Shown here piece after piece: positions 12,260 through 25,400 of a stretch of DNA of 64,000 nt (positions are counted from its first letter, which is position 1; every line of letters begins with the position of its first letter). Location of the stretch: NCBI GenBank assembly GCA_013265495.1, contig MU060807.1:428921-492920 (forward strand), given 5' to 3'. The notes beneath the pieces are model-generated. The model was not told the DNA's origin. It ran no database searches and saw nothing but the letters and a program-made list of their open reading frames with translations. The position numbers were made by a program, and so were the translations under genes. The DNA is from Vicugna vicugna (taxonomy: Eukaryota).

Positions 12260-12420
12260 CTGTCTTTATTTGGAATTTTGTTTTGTTCATCATGAGTTTG
12301 CACTGATTTTGCTAGTTAAAAATACTAAGATACCATTTGTCTTGATCACTGAGATTTGGGGCATCCCTTTAAATTTTGTGCCTGCAGGAAATGCCTCCTT
12401 CATCCTGGCTTTTGGGGGCT
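12260..12420. mobile_element. hAT-family MITE remnant
   Basis: aattttgttttgttcatcatg...cttgatcactgagatttggggcatccctttaaattttgtgcc. Confidence 0.5.
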
Positions 12421-13086
12421 TCAAGGAGATCCCCCCAACTCTCCAGTTAACCCTGCCCCTGCGGGGAGGGCCATGAGGGGGTCTCCCCGGGGGGGTGTGA
12501 ACAGCTTTCTGAGGGGTCCGTGGGGATCCCTTTATGGGCACATGATGGGGGACAGGAGGGTAGAAGGGAGGGCTGGGCCAAGGGGTACCCTGGCTGGGGT
12601 GAGGACAAGGGGAGCGGGATGAACTTTACACCTGGGTGTCGGGTCCACCCACTCCTGTCTGAGTTCGGCCCGCTTCCTAGGGGTCTGTATCACCTCCCTG
12701 GGGCTTTTCAGCCTGAATCTTCTTTCCTCGTTTTGCCTTTCTTCACCCCGACACCTGCAGACTATCTTGCCACGATCCTTTCCCCCTTTTCTGCAGCCTA
12801 TAAACTTCATGGTCACAACTAACACAGGCACACACCACGGCTGCGAGGCTCTGCACCACGGTGACAGCCCACAGCGGGGCAGCGCGTAGCCGTCCATCCG
12901 CAGCAGACGGACACGAGCCTCTGGTCCCACCCCTATCCCACCCACAGCCAAAACCAATGTATTCACCATGAGCCTCTTCTTTCTCTTGTTCGGTCGGAAC
13001 AGGGATTTCAAGTGGCCCCAGGGGTCGGGGGAGCGGAGACCCCCAGGGACAGGCTGCTTCTTCAACAGGTGTGAGAAAACTTCAGG

Positions 13087-13431
13087 ATGACGGTCACACC
13101 GGACGTCAGACTGGAGTATCTGGAGGGAGTGGCTTCAACCATCCTCAAGTTCAAGCCGGACAAGTGGAATAAAATGGTCGGAGTGGAGGAGAACATGGCT
13201 CTGTTCACCGAGTTCTTCGAGAAGCCCGACGTCTCGGTTCTGGTGCTGACGCTGAGCCCCGCCGGCATGGTCGTGCCCTGCCTGGGCTTCCCGGCCTCCC
13301 TCAAGTCCAAGGGGCTGTACTTCATCAAGCGGAAGCCCGAGCAGGTCAGCAAGGACAACTACAGGGACTGCCTGGTCTACGGGGACATCAGCCCCGCGCC
13401 CGTGGACCAGCTCATCGCCGTCGTGGAGGAG
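13087..13431 (+). CDS. DNAH17: DNAH17 exon 2 coding part (345 nt)
   Basis: Acceptor ttcttcaacAG at 13068; ATG 13087 with A at -3; [10 protein letters not shown]...LIAVVEE; donor GAG|gtgggt. Confidence 0.95.
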
Positions 13432-16400
13432 GTGGGTGCAGCAGGCCTTACGGGGCGGGTGAGGGCTCATAGCAGCAACGTCTGTTTCTCGTATTTTCCG
13501 TGAGTGTCCGAGAGCCCTGCTGCTCAGAGCATCACCTGGGAGCCGGTTAGACCTGTAAGAGCTCAGGGCCGGCCACCCCACTGGCTGAGACAGACCCGCT
13601 CTCTAACAAGACCTCCAGTGAGCTGTGCACCTGCAGGCTGAGAGGCCTCAGCCACCACCTGTCCTCTCTCGACACCCTTAGAACCTTCGTACTGCTCTGG
13701 GTACAGCCCTACCTGTAGCCTCCGAAGGTGTGGGCCATTCCAAGTTCCAGGAAACCGGCTTCCCAATACTGAGACTTTGAGTCAAGAAAGAGGAAAAGCA
13801 GGCGCTGTCTCTCTGCTGTCCTGCCTCCTCCCTCCTCCCAGGACCAGCCGGAGCTCAGTGACTTAGCTTTCTGAGTGATCTTTCTCCTCATCTGTGAAAT
13901 GGGAGTGTGCATCCCCTGCTCATGCGAACTCGGGCCACAGGGTCTGCTCAGCCAGGCCCTAGGCCAGCCTGCCCTGGCATCTCAGGAGAAGGCTGGCAGG
14001 CCGGAGCTGGAGCACATGAGCATCCGGCTTGCTCTGCTGGGGCTGCGTCTGGGAGCTGCCAGGCCCAGATCAAGGTGCAGGCAGGGCTGGTCCCTTCCGA
14101 GGCCTCTCTCCTTAGCATGTAGACGGCCAAGTTCACGTGGCCTTGTCTTCCCACCATGCATGTCTGTGTCTTATCCTCTCCTTGTAAGGTCAACAATTAT
14201 GTTGGGTCAGGGCCCACTTAATCACCTCCTGAAAGGCCCTCTGTCCACATGTAGTCACATCCCGAGGTGCTGGGGTCAGGGCTCCCACACTTGAACTGGG
14301 GGGAGCACTGTTCAGCCTGCAACAGCACGCCCAGGCGGCACGGAGCGTCTGCTCTCAGCCAGGAGTGCGCGCTGTCATGGCCAGGGCCTCCCTGGAGAGG
14401 GTTTTGTCACGACAGAGGCATGGGGGCTGGGCTGTCATCCCTGGTCTTGGCATCTGAACGGTTGAGATGACCTCCCCCCCGTCTTTCTGCAGTGGGAGAA
14501 GGACTCGGTTCCCCCAGGACCCAGACGCCCAGGGCCCCCCATCCTCCTGCGTGTCACCCAGGTGAGAAGGCGTGGGCAGAGCTGCCAGAATCCTTTCCTT
14601 TCAGGTCCTGTATTCTCTGTTTAACCAAAGCGAAAACATGAGCGGGTGGCCCCGTGTGGTCTCGGAAGATGTCGTGAAGCAGGTGCACAAGCTGAAGAAC
14701 GAGATGTTTGTGATGGGGGGCAAGATCAAGGGGAAGACCCTGCTGCCCATCCCGGAGCACCTGGGGAGCCTGGACAGCACGCTGGAGTCCATGGACAGGT
14801 AGGGGCCCCGGCCCGGGGAGCCTGCGGGAGGGAGAAGCCTCTGGTCTACGACCACCACGGATGAACTGTCTCCCTGCAAACTGGTTTTGGAGCTGATGAA
14901 ACAGATGAGGGCAGGATGGCGCCTTTAGGTGGCGCTGAGTCTGAGGTCAAAGGTACAGGGACAGAGCTGGATGAGGCACCAGAGTCCTTGAGACTCTGGC
15001 TCTGGCACCTGCTGGACACCTGAGCCCCAGTCCCTCCCCCACCACACACGTGGACTGGTCCTGGCATCACATGGCATACAAAGGACACCACGTTGTCACA
15101 CATGTCACACAGGAACAGGGACACCCAGCTTTAGGAGGAGGCACTGAGGGGCAGTAAAGGGCGTGGAAAGGGTTTTCAGCAGGTGGACGCTGTGACGTCC
15201 CAGAGGCCCTGGGAAGCACGTGGATTCCAAGGTCCCCCCGCACCTGCCCATTTGCAGCTGCTTGGTGTGTGCAACTCTTGGAGCTGTTGCAGTGACAACA
15301 TGTTGCATTACTGCCATCAGAGGGCAGCCGCTCCTGCAGGGCCCGTTCTAGGGGCAGGTCCTCTGTGGGTTGACCTCAAAGCTCCCATCACATGCCCCCA
15401 GGGTGGTGACCCCAACCAGAGCTGCCAGAGGAGCCATCATGAATGTGGATTTTATTCCAGATCAGGTCCTCCTCCTCCTCTTTCTTGGGGCCACCAGCAT
15501 GCCTGGCAATGCCCAGCGCTGGCTCAGGGTCTCTCCTGGCTCGAGGCTGCTGGGGGCAGGCTGGTCCCTGCCCAGAAGGGGCAGAGCAGGAAGAACCCCA
15601 TATACGTGTGGCTGAGAGCATCTCCCCCGCCCCCCTGCTCTGCAGGATCCCCTCCACCCTGGACAACTCGCTGCTGCACGCCATCGAAACCATCATCATC
15701 GACTGGTCCCACCAGATCCGGGACGTGCTGAGCAAAGACTCAGCCCAGGCCCTGCTGGACGGGCGGCACCCCCTGCCCCGAGCAGAGTTTGAATTCTGGG
15801 ACAGCCGGCTGAGGAACCTCAAGTGCATCCATGAGCAGGTGCCGGCTCTGCCCCGGTGCTGGGCGCCCGCTGCTCAGCGGCTGGCGGAGTCCTGAGCACC
15901 CGGACTCCCCTCGCTGACCCCCGAGGGGACCCGGGGAGCCCCTGCGAGCCCCTCCGCTCCAGCGGGGTTGGTCAGGCAGCCTTCATCCAGGGTCTGTGAC
16001 TTTCTGCTTCTCTTGTCTCAGCTCAGCAGGCCTAAAGTGAACAAAATCGTCGAGATCCTGGAAAAAGCCAAAAGCTGCTACTGGCCAGCCCTGCAAAACG
16101 TGTATATGAACGTCACAGAAGGTGAGCAGGGGGCCCTTCGAGAACCCCCCCAGCCCCCAGGAAGGTGTCGGCGCCTTCTGGGAGGGGCTGGGCAGGCCCA
16201 TCGCGAACTCCAGGGGAGGGGAAGTCCTCCCCATAAGCAGCTTCCTTGGCCCCTGCCTTTGAGGAAGACCCTGTTTCTTGAGAGAGCTGGTGTCCATAAA
16301 CACACAGAGCCTGACTGGGGATGGGGGCCGGGTTCCACTCACACGAGGCTGAGTGCCTGTTGTCCTGGGCAGGCCTGAAGGAAGCCAGCGATATTGTCCT

Positions 16401-19400
16401 GTATCTGAAGCCTCTGCAGATCTTGCTGGAGGAGATGGAACAGGCCGACTTCACGATGGTAGGCTGGCAAGAGAAGGGTCACCTGGCAGGGGCCGACCTC
16501 GTGTCCTGGGTGAGCAGGGGCTGCAGGCTTCCTGCCTGGGATCAGGTGCGAGGACCTAGGGGGTGCCTCTTCCTTCCACTTTGGGGAGGTCCCCTCCCAG
16601 AGCCACAGGGAGGGGAGAGCTGAGACTCTGCGACCCAGCGCACGCCCGGCCCGTCTCTCCCCAGCTGCCGACCTTCATCACCAAGGTGCTGTGCACCGTC
16701 TGCTTCATCTGGGCCACCTCCGGGCACTACAACACGCCCTCCAGGATCATCGTCATCCTGCAGGAGTTCTGCAACCAGCTCATTGAGATGGTAGCCCCAC
16801 TGGCCCCGGCCTCCCTCCCTGCCCGCCCTTGCTCCCCAGCGGCTTAAAAACAGACAAAGATGTCGGTACAGGGATGTACAGGCTCCGGGCTAGGGCTTTG
16901 AGGCTGCTTGGTGTGGCCACTTAGAGTTCTCCACAACCTGCCCCATGACGGCAGGGAGGCGGAAAGAAAGCGGGGCTGCCCACTGAGTCCCAGTGTCACC
17001 AAACCAAAACTCGGGTCCACTCGCCTGTGTGCAGTAAAGCCAAACTGTGCGGAGTTGATTGTAAGGTGCCACACAAGGAGTCCAGGACAGCTAGAGCTCA
17101 AAGCCTGCACTCCTCCATGGGTTTCAGCAAGGCATATATATATATATTTTTTTAACTGATGTATAGTTGATTTACAATGTTGCATAAGTTTCTGATGTAC
17201 AGCGTAGTGATTCAGTTATATCCACACGTACGTGTATGTGTATTTTTTAATATTCTTTTTCATTATAGGCCATTACAAGGGATTGAATCTAGTCCCCTGT
17301 GCTGTACAGTAGGACCTTGTTTAACTGTTTTATACATAGTAGTGTCTGCCTGCTGGTCCCAAACCCCTAATTCACCCCTCCTCATCCTCCCTCCCGACAG
17401 CCATGTTTATTTTCTTATGAAACAAATTTATGAGTCTGTTTCTGTTTTGTAAATAAGTTCATTTGTGTCATTTTTTTAGATTCCATATATAAGTGATATC
17501 ATATGACACTTTTTTCTCTGTCTGACTTAACTTCACTTAGTATGATCATCTCTAGGTCCATTCATGTTGCTGCAAATGGCATTATTGTATTCTTCTTTAT
17601 GGCTGACTAGTATTCCAATGTGTACATATACCACAACTTCTTTATCCAGTCACCTGTGGATGGACATTTAGGTTCCTTCTGTGTCTTGGCTGTTGTAAAT
17701 GGTTCAGCAAAGCATTTTTAAAGGCCAGTAAGGGAGGGGCTTTCAGAATGTGATCAGCTCATGTACCATTCTCTAAAAGGTTGATGGCGAGGTAGCAGGG
17801 TGGTGTCATAGGGGTTAATGGAACCATCCTTAGACTCCAGTAAGTCTAGGGGCTACCAGCTCGTGGGCATCAGGGAGCTGGCATCTTCTGTTTGGTGGGG
17901 GATTTAGCACCTGCAAAACAAGTCAGGAACGTGCATCAGATACTGCTATCTGGGTGCTTCAGGGAGGAGCTACAGCAGAGGGTATGGGGAAGGGTCTGTC
18001 CCTGGAGGGCCATGCAGGGTCCTGCTCAGGTACACCAGCACCCCAAGACCTGGCTGGGGGCTTTGTGGGGTTTATCTGCTCCTACGTCAAGCTGCCTCCT
18101 GTCCCCCTCAGCATGGACCCCTTCCCTGTCCTCTCCACTCGAGCACACATTAGCCAGTCACCAAAAGTCTTGAGTTGTAGCATTGCAACCCCAGGCTGTC
18201 TGCAGGCCCAGAAGGACCTGGTGACCCTGGATCCTGTGGCTGGATCCCTAGAGGGACCCTAGTCATCTGCCACCCAAATCAGGTTGTGCTGCAGCCTTGG
18301 CCTGGTCTGAGGGGCCCGGCGAGAGAAACGGCTCAGGCTCCCGAAAATGGCCCAGGCCTCAGTCATCAGGCAGCCTGGACAGGAGCCTGGGGGATAGCGG
18401 ACGTGTCAGAGGGGCGGCTGGTGGGGGGGGGGGCCGTGGCGGGTTGTTCTAACCGGTCAAACGGCTGTGGGCGCTGCGCCTGGACGTCCCCTGACGGCTC
18501 GTCTTCCCTATGGCCCAGACACGGACCTACCTGAGCCCCGAGGAGGTGCTGAAGGGCCTGGAGGGTGAAATCGAAGAGGTCCTGGGCGCCATCTCTCTGT
18601 CAGTGAACGTGCTGAAGGAGCTGTACCGGGCCTACGACTTCTGCTGTGCAAACATGAAGCTGTTCTTCAAGGTACGCCTTGTGCGCAGAGAGGGGCTCAG
18701 GCAGACACGGGGCCGGGGTGACGGGGGCCCCAGCGCTGGACCCCATGGACAGGTCGGCAGTCATCGCGGCCTTTTCTCTCTCTCTCTCTCCCCCCTAGAA
18801 GGACAAGGAGCCCGTGCCTTGGGAATTCCCTTCGTCCCTTGCGTTTTCCAGGATCAACACCTTCTTCCATCGCGTCCAGACCATTGAGGTAAAGGGGACC
18901 CTTGGCTCACCTCCCCATGCGCTCAGGCCTCCCTCACCTCGGGGGAACCCTGCCTCCATCCTTATCTGGCTTTCCAACAGTCTCCTAGGAGGGGTAAAAA
19001 GTCCCACTCAAATGTCTGTGTCATGGGGAAACTGAGTCACCGAGTGCCTCCACCACAGCCGGAGCTCTTAGCCCCGAACAAAGCGACCCATTTTGGTTGT
19101 TCCTCCTCGTTCTGAAGCTTTCTGTCTATAAGCCAGTTAATGGCAGGTTCAGTGACCATGGTCGGGAAGCCCGGAGGCCACAGGAGACTTAAGAAAGGAC
19201 CCTGTTTGGATACGTGGAATGACATGTAGCAAGTTAAAATTTTAAATAGATTCAGGATGGTTTCCTTGGGGGAGAGGAGGCGAGGGGCGGAGGTACATGT
19301 AGGCAAGAAGGTTTTGCTTTCTGTTTTATAATCTTTAGTGTGGTTCCCCTCCCTTTTTATTTTTATTTTTATTTCTTGACTTTGTGCACATATTCACACT

Positions 19401-22400
19401 ATTTAAACAAAAAAAGCCATTTGGCAGGGATTTTTCGATGGCCACAGGCGGCAGCAGCTCCGAGAAGTCCAGCCTGGTTCTCCTCCACACCCTCTGGGAG
19501 GCAGAGCAAGGCCCGTTCAGACTCCAGGTTTCCATCACGGAGTGTTTCTTCATGCCTGAAGCCTCCCAGCCCAAGAACTTGAGGGTCTCAGCTAAGTTTC
19601 TGGCCAAGTAGCCTTTGGCCCCTACATTACAGATTCTGAATCAGGATGAAGAGAGGCTCGTGGGGGAGGGGGAAATGGCCGCGTCGTCCACCTGCTGCCC
19701 AGTGGGCTGGGCCGGCCTCGCCCTCCTCCTTGGGGGCAGGAGCCCCAGAGCCCAGGGCGTGGCTACACTGTGGCTCCCCAGCGGCTGGCTCGGGTTATCG
19801 CTTGGTATAGCTCGGACATCCGCGGGGAGTTGGCAGCAGGCTTGGCACCAGCTCAGGGGAGGGATGTGCGCGCCCTGTGGGCATCTTCCGTCTGAACGGC
19901 ACCAGGCACTGTGTCCGGCTCCTGGAAGCTGCCTGTGGTCCTTGAGGAGCCTCTGGGGCCTCGATCGGACTCCACATGAAGCCTTAAGTAATGCGATTGG
20001 ACTGAATGTGGTTAAAATGCCAAAACTCAGGATATAGATAGGTAGCAACTGGGGATTCTGGAAAAGAAGGCACCACTATAGGCAAAAATAGTTGGGAGAG
20101 CTTCCAGGAGAAGGCGGGCTGAGACCCATCCCACAGAGGGAGTGGTATTTACACACGAGCATCCACCAGGCACCCTTTGCGTGAGGCCATCGGAGATCAC
20201 CATGTACCTTTCCACCTGCCGCCTCCCACGGCCCAGGAGCTGGGGGCCCTGGTAAAGCATAGGTGATTTGGTGGCACGTCTCGGCCAGTGTTGGGTCAGG
20301 GCAGGAATCCACCCTTCATCTCCTCCTCCACGTCACAACTGGGAGATGACCCCGGAGTCCTTCCTTCCCTCTGCCTCTCTCTGTGTTGCAGAAAAATCTT
20401 TAGAGCACCTTAACACAGAGACACAGAGTGTCCCTCCAGAGTGTCATGTGGCCCCCGGGTGTCTCACCGCCTGGCTCCTCCCTGCTGGGGTCAGGGCTCG
20501 ATTCAAGACGGCCCCATTGGGTTTAGTTGGGAAGATGAATTGATGAGGGGTGCTGGGTGTGCCTCCCCTAGGATCTTTATAAAACAGCCATTGAGTTTCT
20601 GAAGCTGGAGAAGATCGAGATTGGAGGCGTGCGGGGGAACATCCTGGGAAGCCGGGTCACTCAGCTCTGCGAGGAGGTCTTCGAGCTGGTGAAGGTTTTC
20701 GCCGACTGCAGATACGACCCCTTGGACCCTGGAGATTCGGTAAGTCAGGGGTCTTGGCCCCGAGAGTTGGGAAGATGCACAGAGGGAGGGCGGGTGGCAG
20801 GTGACACCAGAACTTTTTTTTAAAAAAGATGTCACAGAAATTCTGCCTGGGGAGCAGCTCCAGGGACAGCTTGCCCAGTCCAGAGGTCGCCCGAATCCTG
20901 GGGCGGGGCCATGGGTGTCAGAGGGAGCATGCCCCTGGCTTTGCATGCTGGTGACAATGTTGGTGTTTTAATTCACTTTCAGAGTTTTGATGATGATTAT
21001 GCTGATTTTGAGACCAAAATTCAAGACCTGGACAGGAGACTGGCCACGATCTTTTGCCAAGGGTTTGACGACTGCAGTTCCATTGAGTCCTGTGCAAAGG
21101 TACGTGGCGGGGGCGGGGGGCTCCACACTGACCGGGAATTCGTCAGAGCAGCACCGCCCTGGTGCCAAGAACGATCCTAGGGGTGGTCTCAACACGCGGC
21201 TTCATTTGTAGGTGAAGAGCTGGGGCCGGAAAGGGCAGGGGCCTTCCTCGGTGCCTCACAGCGAGTCAGCAGCCAACACCTCGTGTAGCTTCTGACAGGT
21301 GTGACTGCCGTATCTGAGAGTAGGAGAGAGTGGGAATCTGGTGGCTTTACTGATTCACGTCGTGCTCCATTCATCCTTACTTGATTCAGTTCTCTCCACT
21401 ACTTAATAAGGAGCAGAAGTTTGAGGCAACGTTGCTATAAAAATAAAACACGTCCACATTTTGACCTGCCGAGCTGAACTGACACTTTCCAACAGTTGAG
21501 ACCCAAGAAGAAACTCGGAATAATTACGGGGAGCCATCTCTGGGCAGCAGGGGTGACAGTTAATATTAGTCTGTCTTCCGCACACTTTTCTACGATGCCC
21601 AAGTTGTGTGCGTGGCATGGGTAGTGTTTTTACTGTTAGAAGGAAGACATGATGCTGTTTTAAAACGCAGATCGCAGAAAAGCACGAAAACCCCTAAGGA
21701 ATGTCAATCAGGGAGAGAAACACAAACGGCCAATATGCTTTTTGGTTTGGCCCCACATGTAATCAGGAGAGCGCAAGTTAAAACAGCGAGGTGCTTTTGT
21801 CAGGGATCGAGCCAGCTGGATTGTGAGGAGCCAGACACTTGTGCCCGCTGCTGGCACATGCACCCCTCCCCGAGGACCCCTCAGCAGGGGGCACGTTGGG
21901 AGAGGGGAGGGGGCTCCTGGACCTTCCTGCTCCAAACCCACATTCAATGCCAACCCGCCAGGTCACCCACTTGCAGGCAGAACACAACACCAAGCACATC
22001 CTGTCCCTGCAGATACACCTATTTCCCTAGGGCACAACTCGCTCGCTATTCCCAGGACCGCCCGGTTTTAAAACTAAAAGTCCAGCTCAAAGTCAGAGAC
22101 CCCCTCCTCAGCCCCAGGCAAACCAGGACCCTGGTCGAGCAGTCAGGAGGGGCCAAGTAAGTGTGGGTGAGGAGTCTGTGGCAGTCAGATGTGGGCCAGC
22201 ACCAGCCTCTGTTCCCTCTCTATTGCTGCGGTGACAAATGACCACGAGGGAAGCAGCCAGTATAAAGAGTAAACCCGGACAAAGAAGGGACAAAGTAAAT
22301 TTGCACACACACACACTCAAAATAGCTCTGCTCAGAAGTTAAACAGCGATGCTTATTGGATTTTTCAGTGTTTTGCATACATCATAATCTCATCAAATAA

Positions 22401-25400
22401 TTTGGAACATGGGCGTTAATGCACATCCATCAGAGACCACAGTGGGTTTCTTCTGGCCCGGGTGGTACTTTTGAGATATAATTCACATCCTGTACCAGTC
22501 GCCCGTTTGTACTGTGTACCGTTCAATAGCTTTTAGTGCATTTGGAGTTGTGCAACCATCTTGATCAATTTTAGGACATTTTCATCCCTGCCGGTCACTC
22601 CCCGCTTTTCCCCAGCCTCCCATCACTTCAGCCATCACTTATCTTCCCCATCTCTCTAGATTCGTCTGTTCTCACTTGGTCCTTTTCTCAGATTTTGGCT
22701 TGGTCGTCAACATTTTACAAATTGAGGGGAAGGGTATAGCTCAGTTGTAGAGTTTGTGCTTAGCATGCATGAGGTCCTGGGTTCAGTTCCCTCTATTTAA
22801 AAAAAAATTGAAATTAAGTAAGTAAATTGAATTACCTCCCTCTCGAAAAAAATTAAAATTGAGAAAGTGCACTTTAAAGTCCAGATTTTCACCCTCTTTT
22901 GGGAGAGTTGATCTGCACACATGGTCCCTCGTGGCAGCTACGAGGGAATAGCTGCTGTTCCCCATGACAACAGGAGTGGCCCCGTGTGCCCCAGTCCTCA
23001 CCACTCCTTATCGTCCTAGCCCCGCGTTCTTCATGTGTTTATGGGACCTGCCTTCCCCCACGACTCAGAGGGGGATCTCCGTAGGATGTAGTGTGTGTGT
23101 AGGGCGGGGGACGGGTACGACTCACCTGGAGAATCGGTTTGAATATTTAAATGAGTAGTATATGTATGTGCGTGGGCAGCTTTTTTTATTTCTCTGCCCA
23201 GTTTTATGCATGTTTTTCACCCATGACTTGGTAGATCAGAGTCCTCTTCCCCTCACTTTGCAAGCCTCTGGGTTGCTGCAGGTAATGCAATGCCTGGAGG
23301 AGATGCCTGATTACTACTGTATTATCTCATCTCATTCTCACAAAACCCAAGCTCTTTGCTAAACTCCTTACCTACATTGTCCACCCCATGTTACCAGCTC
23401 AGACAGGTCAAGAAACCCACCCAAGGTCACACAGCTAGCCAGCGAGTAGGGAAACCAGAGCTCCAAACCAGCTGCTCCCAGGAACCTTGCTCCGAACCGC
23501 TCGTCCGGACGGGCTCCAGTGTCTGGGGAGGCGGCTGGACTGGCCCCCGGCAGCCCGGGGTGATGGCCGTCCTTCCAAGGGGGGCTAGGGCTGGGCTTCC
23601 TGGGACTGAGCTGGGGACCCAGGAAGCCTGCCACCCCTGAGCACAAAGATCTCTAACGCTGATGCCAGGATGTTCCTTTGCCTTTTAGATTCTTTTTAAA
23701 AATGCAAATGCTTGGGAATTTGAGGCTCTGCAAGTGTAATGATCTATTAAGTCTTGGATGGAGTTGGTGCTCCAGGCAAAGTACCCATGAATGCAAATTA
23801 ATACAGTGGCCCCATGCTGTTCCATCTCTGGAACACCCGTCGCTGCCCCACACCTCCTCCTGCAGGTGGCAGCCGGCCCCTCCCTGGGCTCCCCTGACGC
23901 CGACCTGCTGGGTTTCTCTTGTTGGCGCTCAGCCCTCTCTGGCATCTGTGGTGTGTGATCTCTGTGTGTTCGTCGTCTTCCCCGCTAGAATATAAACTGG
24001 CCGAGGGCAGGCACTCGGTTTGGGTTCACACAGAACGAAGCCCAGCGCATAGAGGTGCCCCGGAGGGCTCCCAGCAGACAGCGCTGGCCCCGCCGCGGGA
24101 GCGGAGCTGCTGGCTCCGGGCAGACCTTAGGCGGGACCCAGGGCCACCCAAGGGCACAGGGTCCTGAGCGGTTTCCAGCCAATGCTTTCACGTGCAGACC
24201 CCAGGTCCTCCCCTGTGCTGGGGTCTTCAGAAAAAAACGAAGCTGGAGCTGACGGACTGGGGTGTCAGGGGGTTAGTCCCTCTCATCTCCTGTCGGGGCA
24301 AAATGGGGAGAAGCGCCCCCCCCACCCAGCCCCGCCCTCCCACAGGCAATGTGCCCAGTTGCTCTGTTTTCCAGTGATGAGGAGGGAGCTGGGTTGATGT
24401 GTCAAAACCCATGCACCTGTTTCCCCAGTGATCAAGAGACGGGAGGTGGCCCCGAGGAGGGAGGAGCTGGCCTAGTGGGAGCTCCCGGTGGTGCCCGGGG
24501 GACTGAAGCCCAACCCCAGGAGCTCAACGCGAGGATTCCCTCACCTACCCCGGGCGTTGTCGTGGGGGCACATCCCCGCTCCTGCTGTGACCTAAATCTG
24601 CTCTGGGCTCCAAGAGGCAGTCCTGTTCTAGTACGTAGTTATGTTTGTGCTTTAGTTAAAAAAAAAATCAGGGAGAAACAGCTCTCATAAACCATCTCCA
24701 TCTGCTCAGTGCCTAAGAACATTTTCTTCCCACTTGACAACCCTGTGCTCTAATTAGGACAGGCCTTGGGGGGGGTCCCCTCAATTCCCCGCATGCTCCC
24801 AGGCTGCCTGGATGCTCTTTCTCGCTGCCAGTAATTCACACGCAGCCGGGAAAGTTCTAGAGCAATTTTCCACATGATCTCCTCCTGGCAGAAAATAAGA
24901 TTAACCTCCTTCCTGGAAGCCAGAGGCCAAAAAATAAAAATACGTAAGGGAAGGAAGAGAGTCAGGCAGTCGTCAGCCAGTAAGAGGAGTGTGTTTGTCC
25001 CGACTGACCCAGGTCAGTTTTTAGAGGTGCAGCCTGGTGACCTAGTGCGTCAGGAGCCCCCTGCAGGCGACGGTGCTCCAAACACTGGCTTCTCGATGTC
25101 TCCCCAGGACTCACTAGCTGCTCCCTCTGGCTTTGGGGGAACCTGAAAGTCTCTCCCCCTTTCTTTGCGGCGTTATTTCACTTTCCCCAAAAGGCTACTT
25201 TTAGGCACAGGGGTCAAAATTGTCACACCAGAAACTGGGGCAAATCTCAGACTCAGGCCCAGCCTTTCCTGGCACCAAGGGCTGCAGCCAAGTAGCCCGG
25301 AGGAAATGTGACCACGTGGTCTGAGCCCCGATTACTCCTCCGAGAGTCCCCTCCCACAAATACCCCCAAGTTTTCCTTGGCTGGTCCAGTGGGGCGCCCG

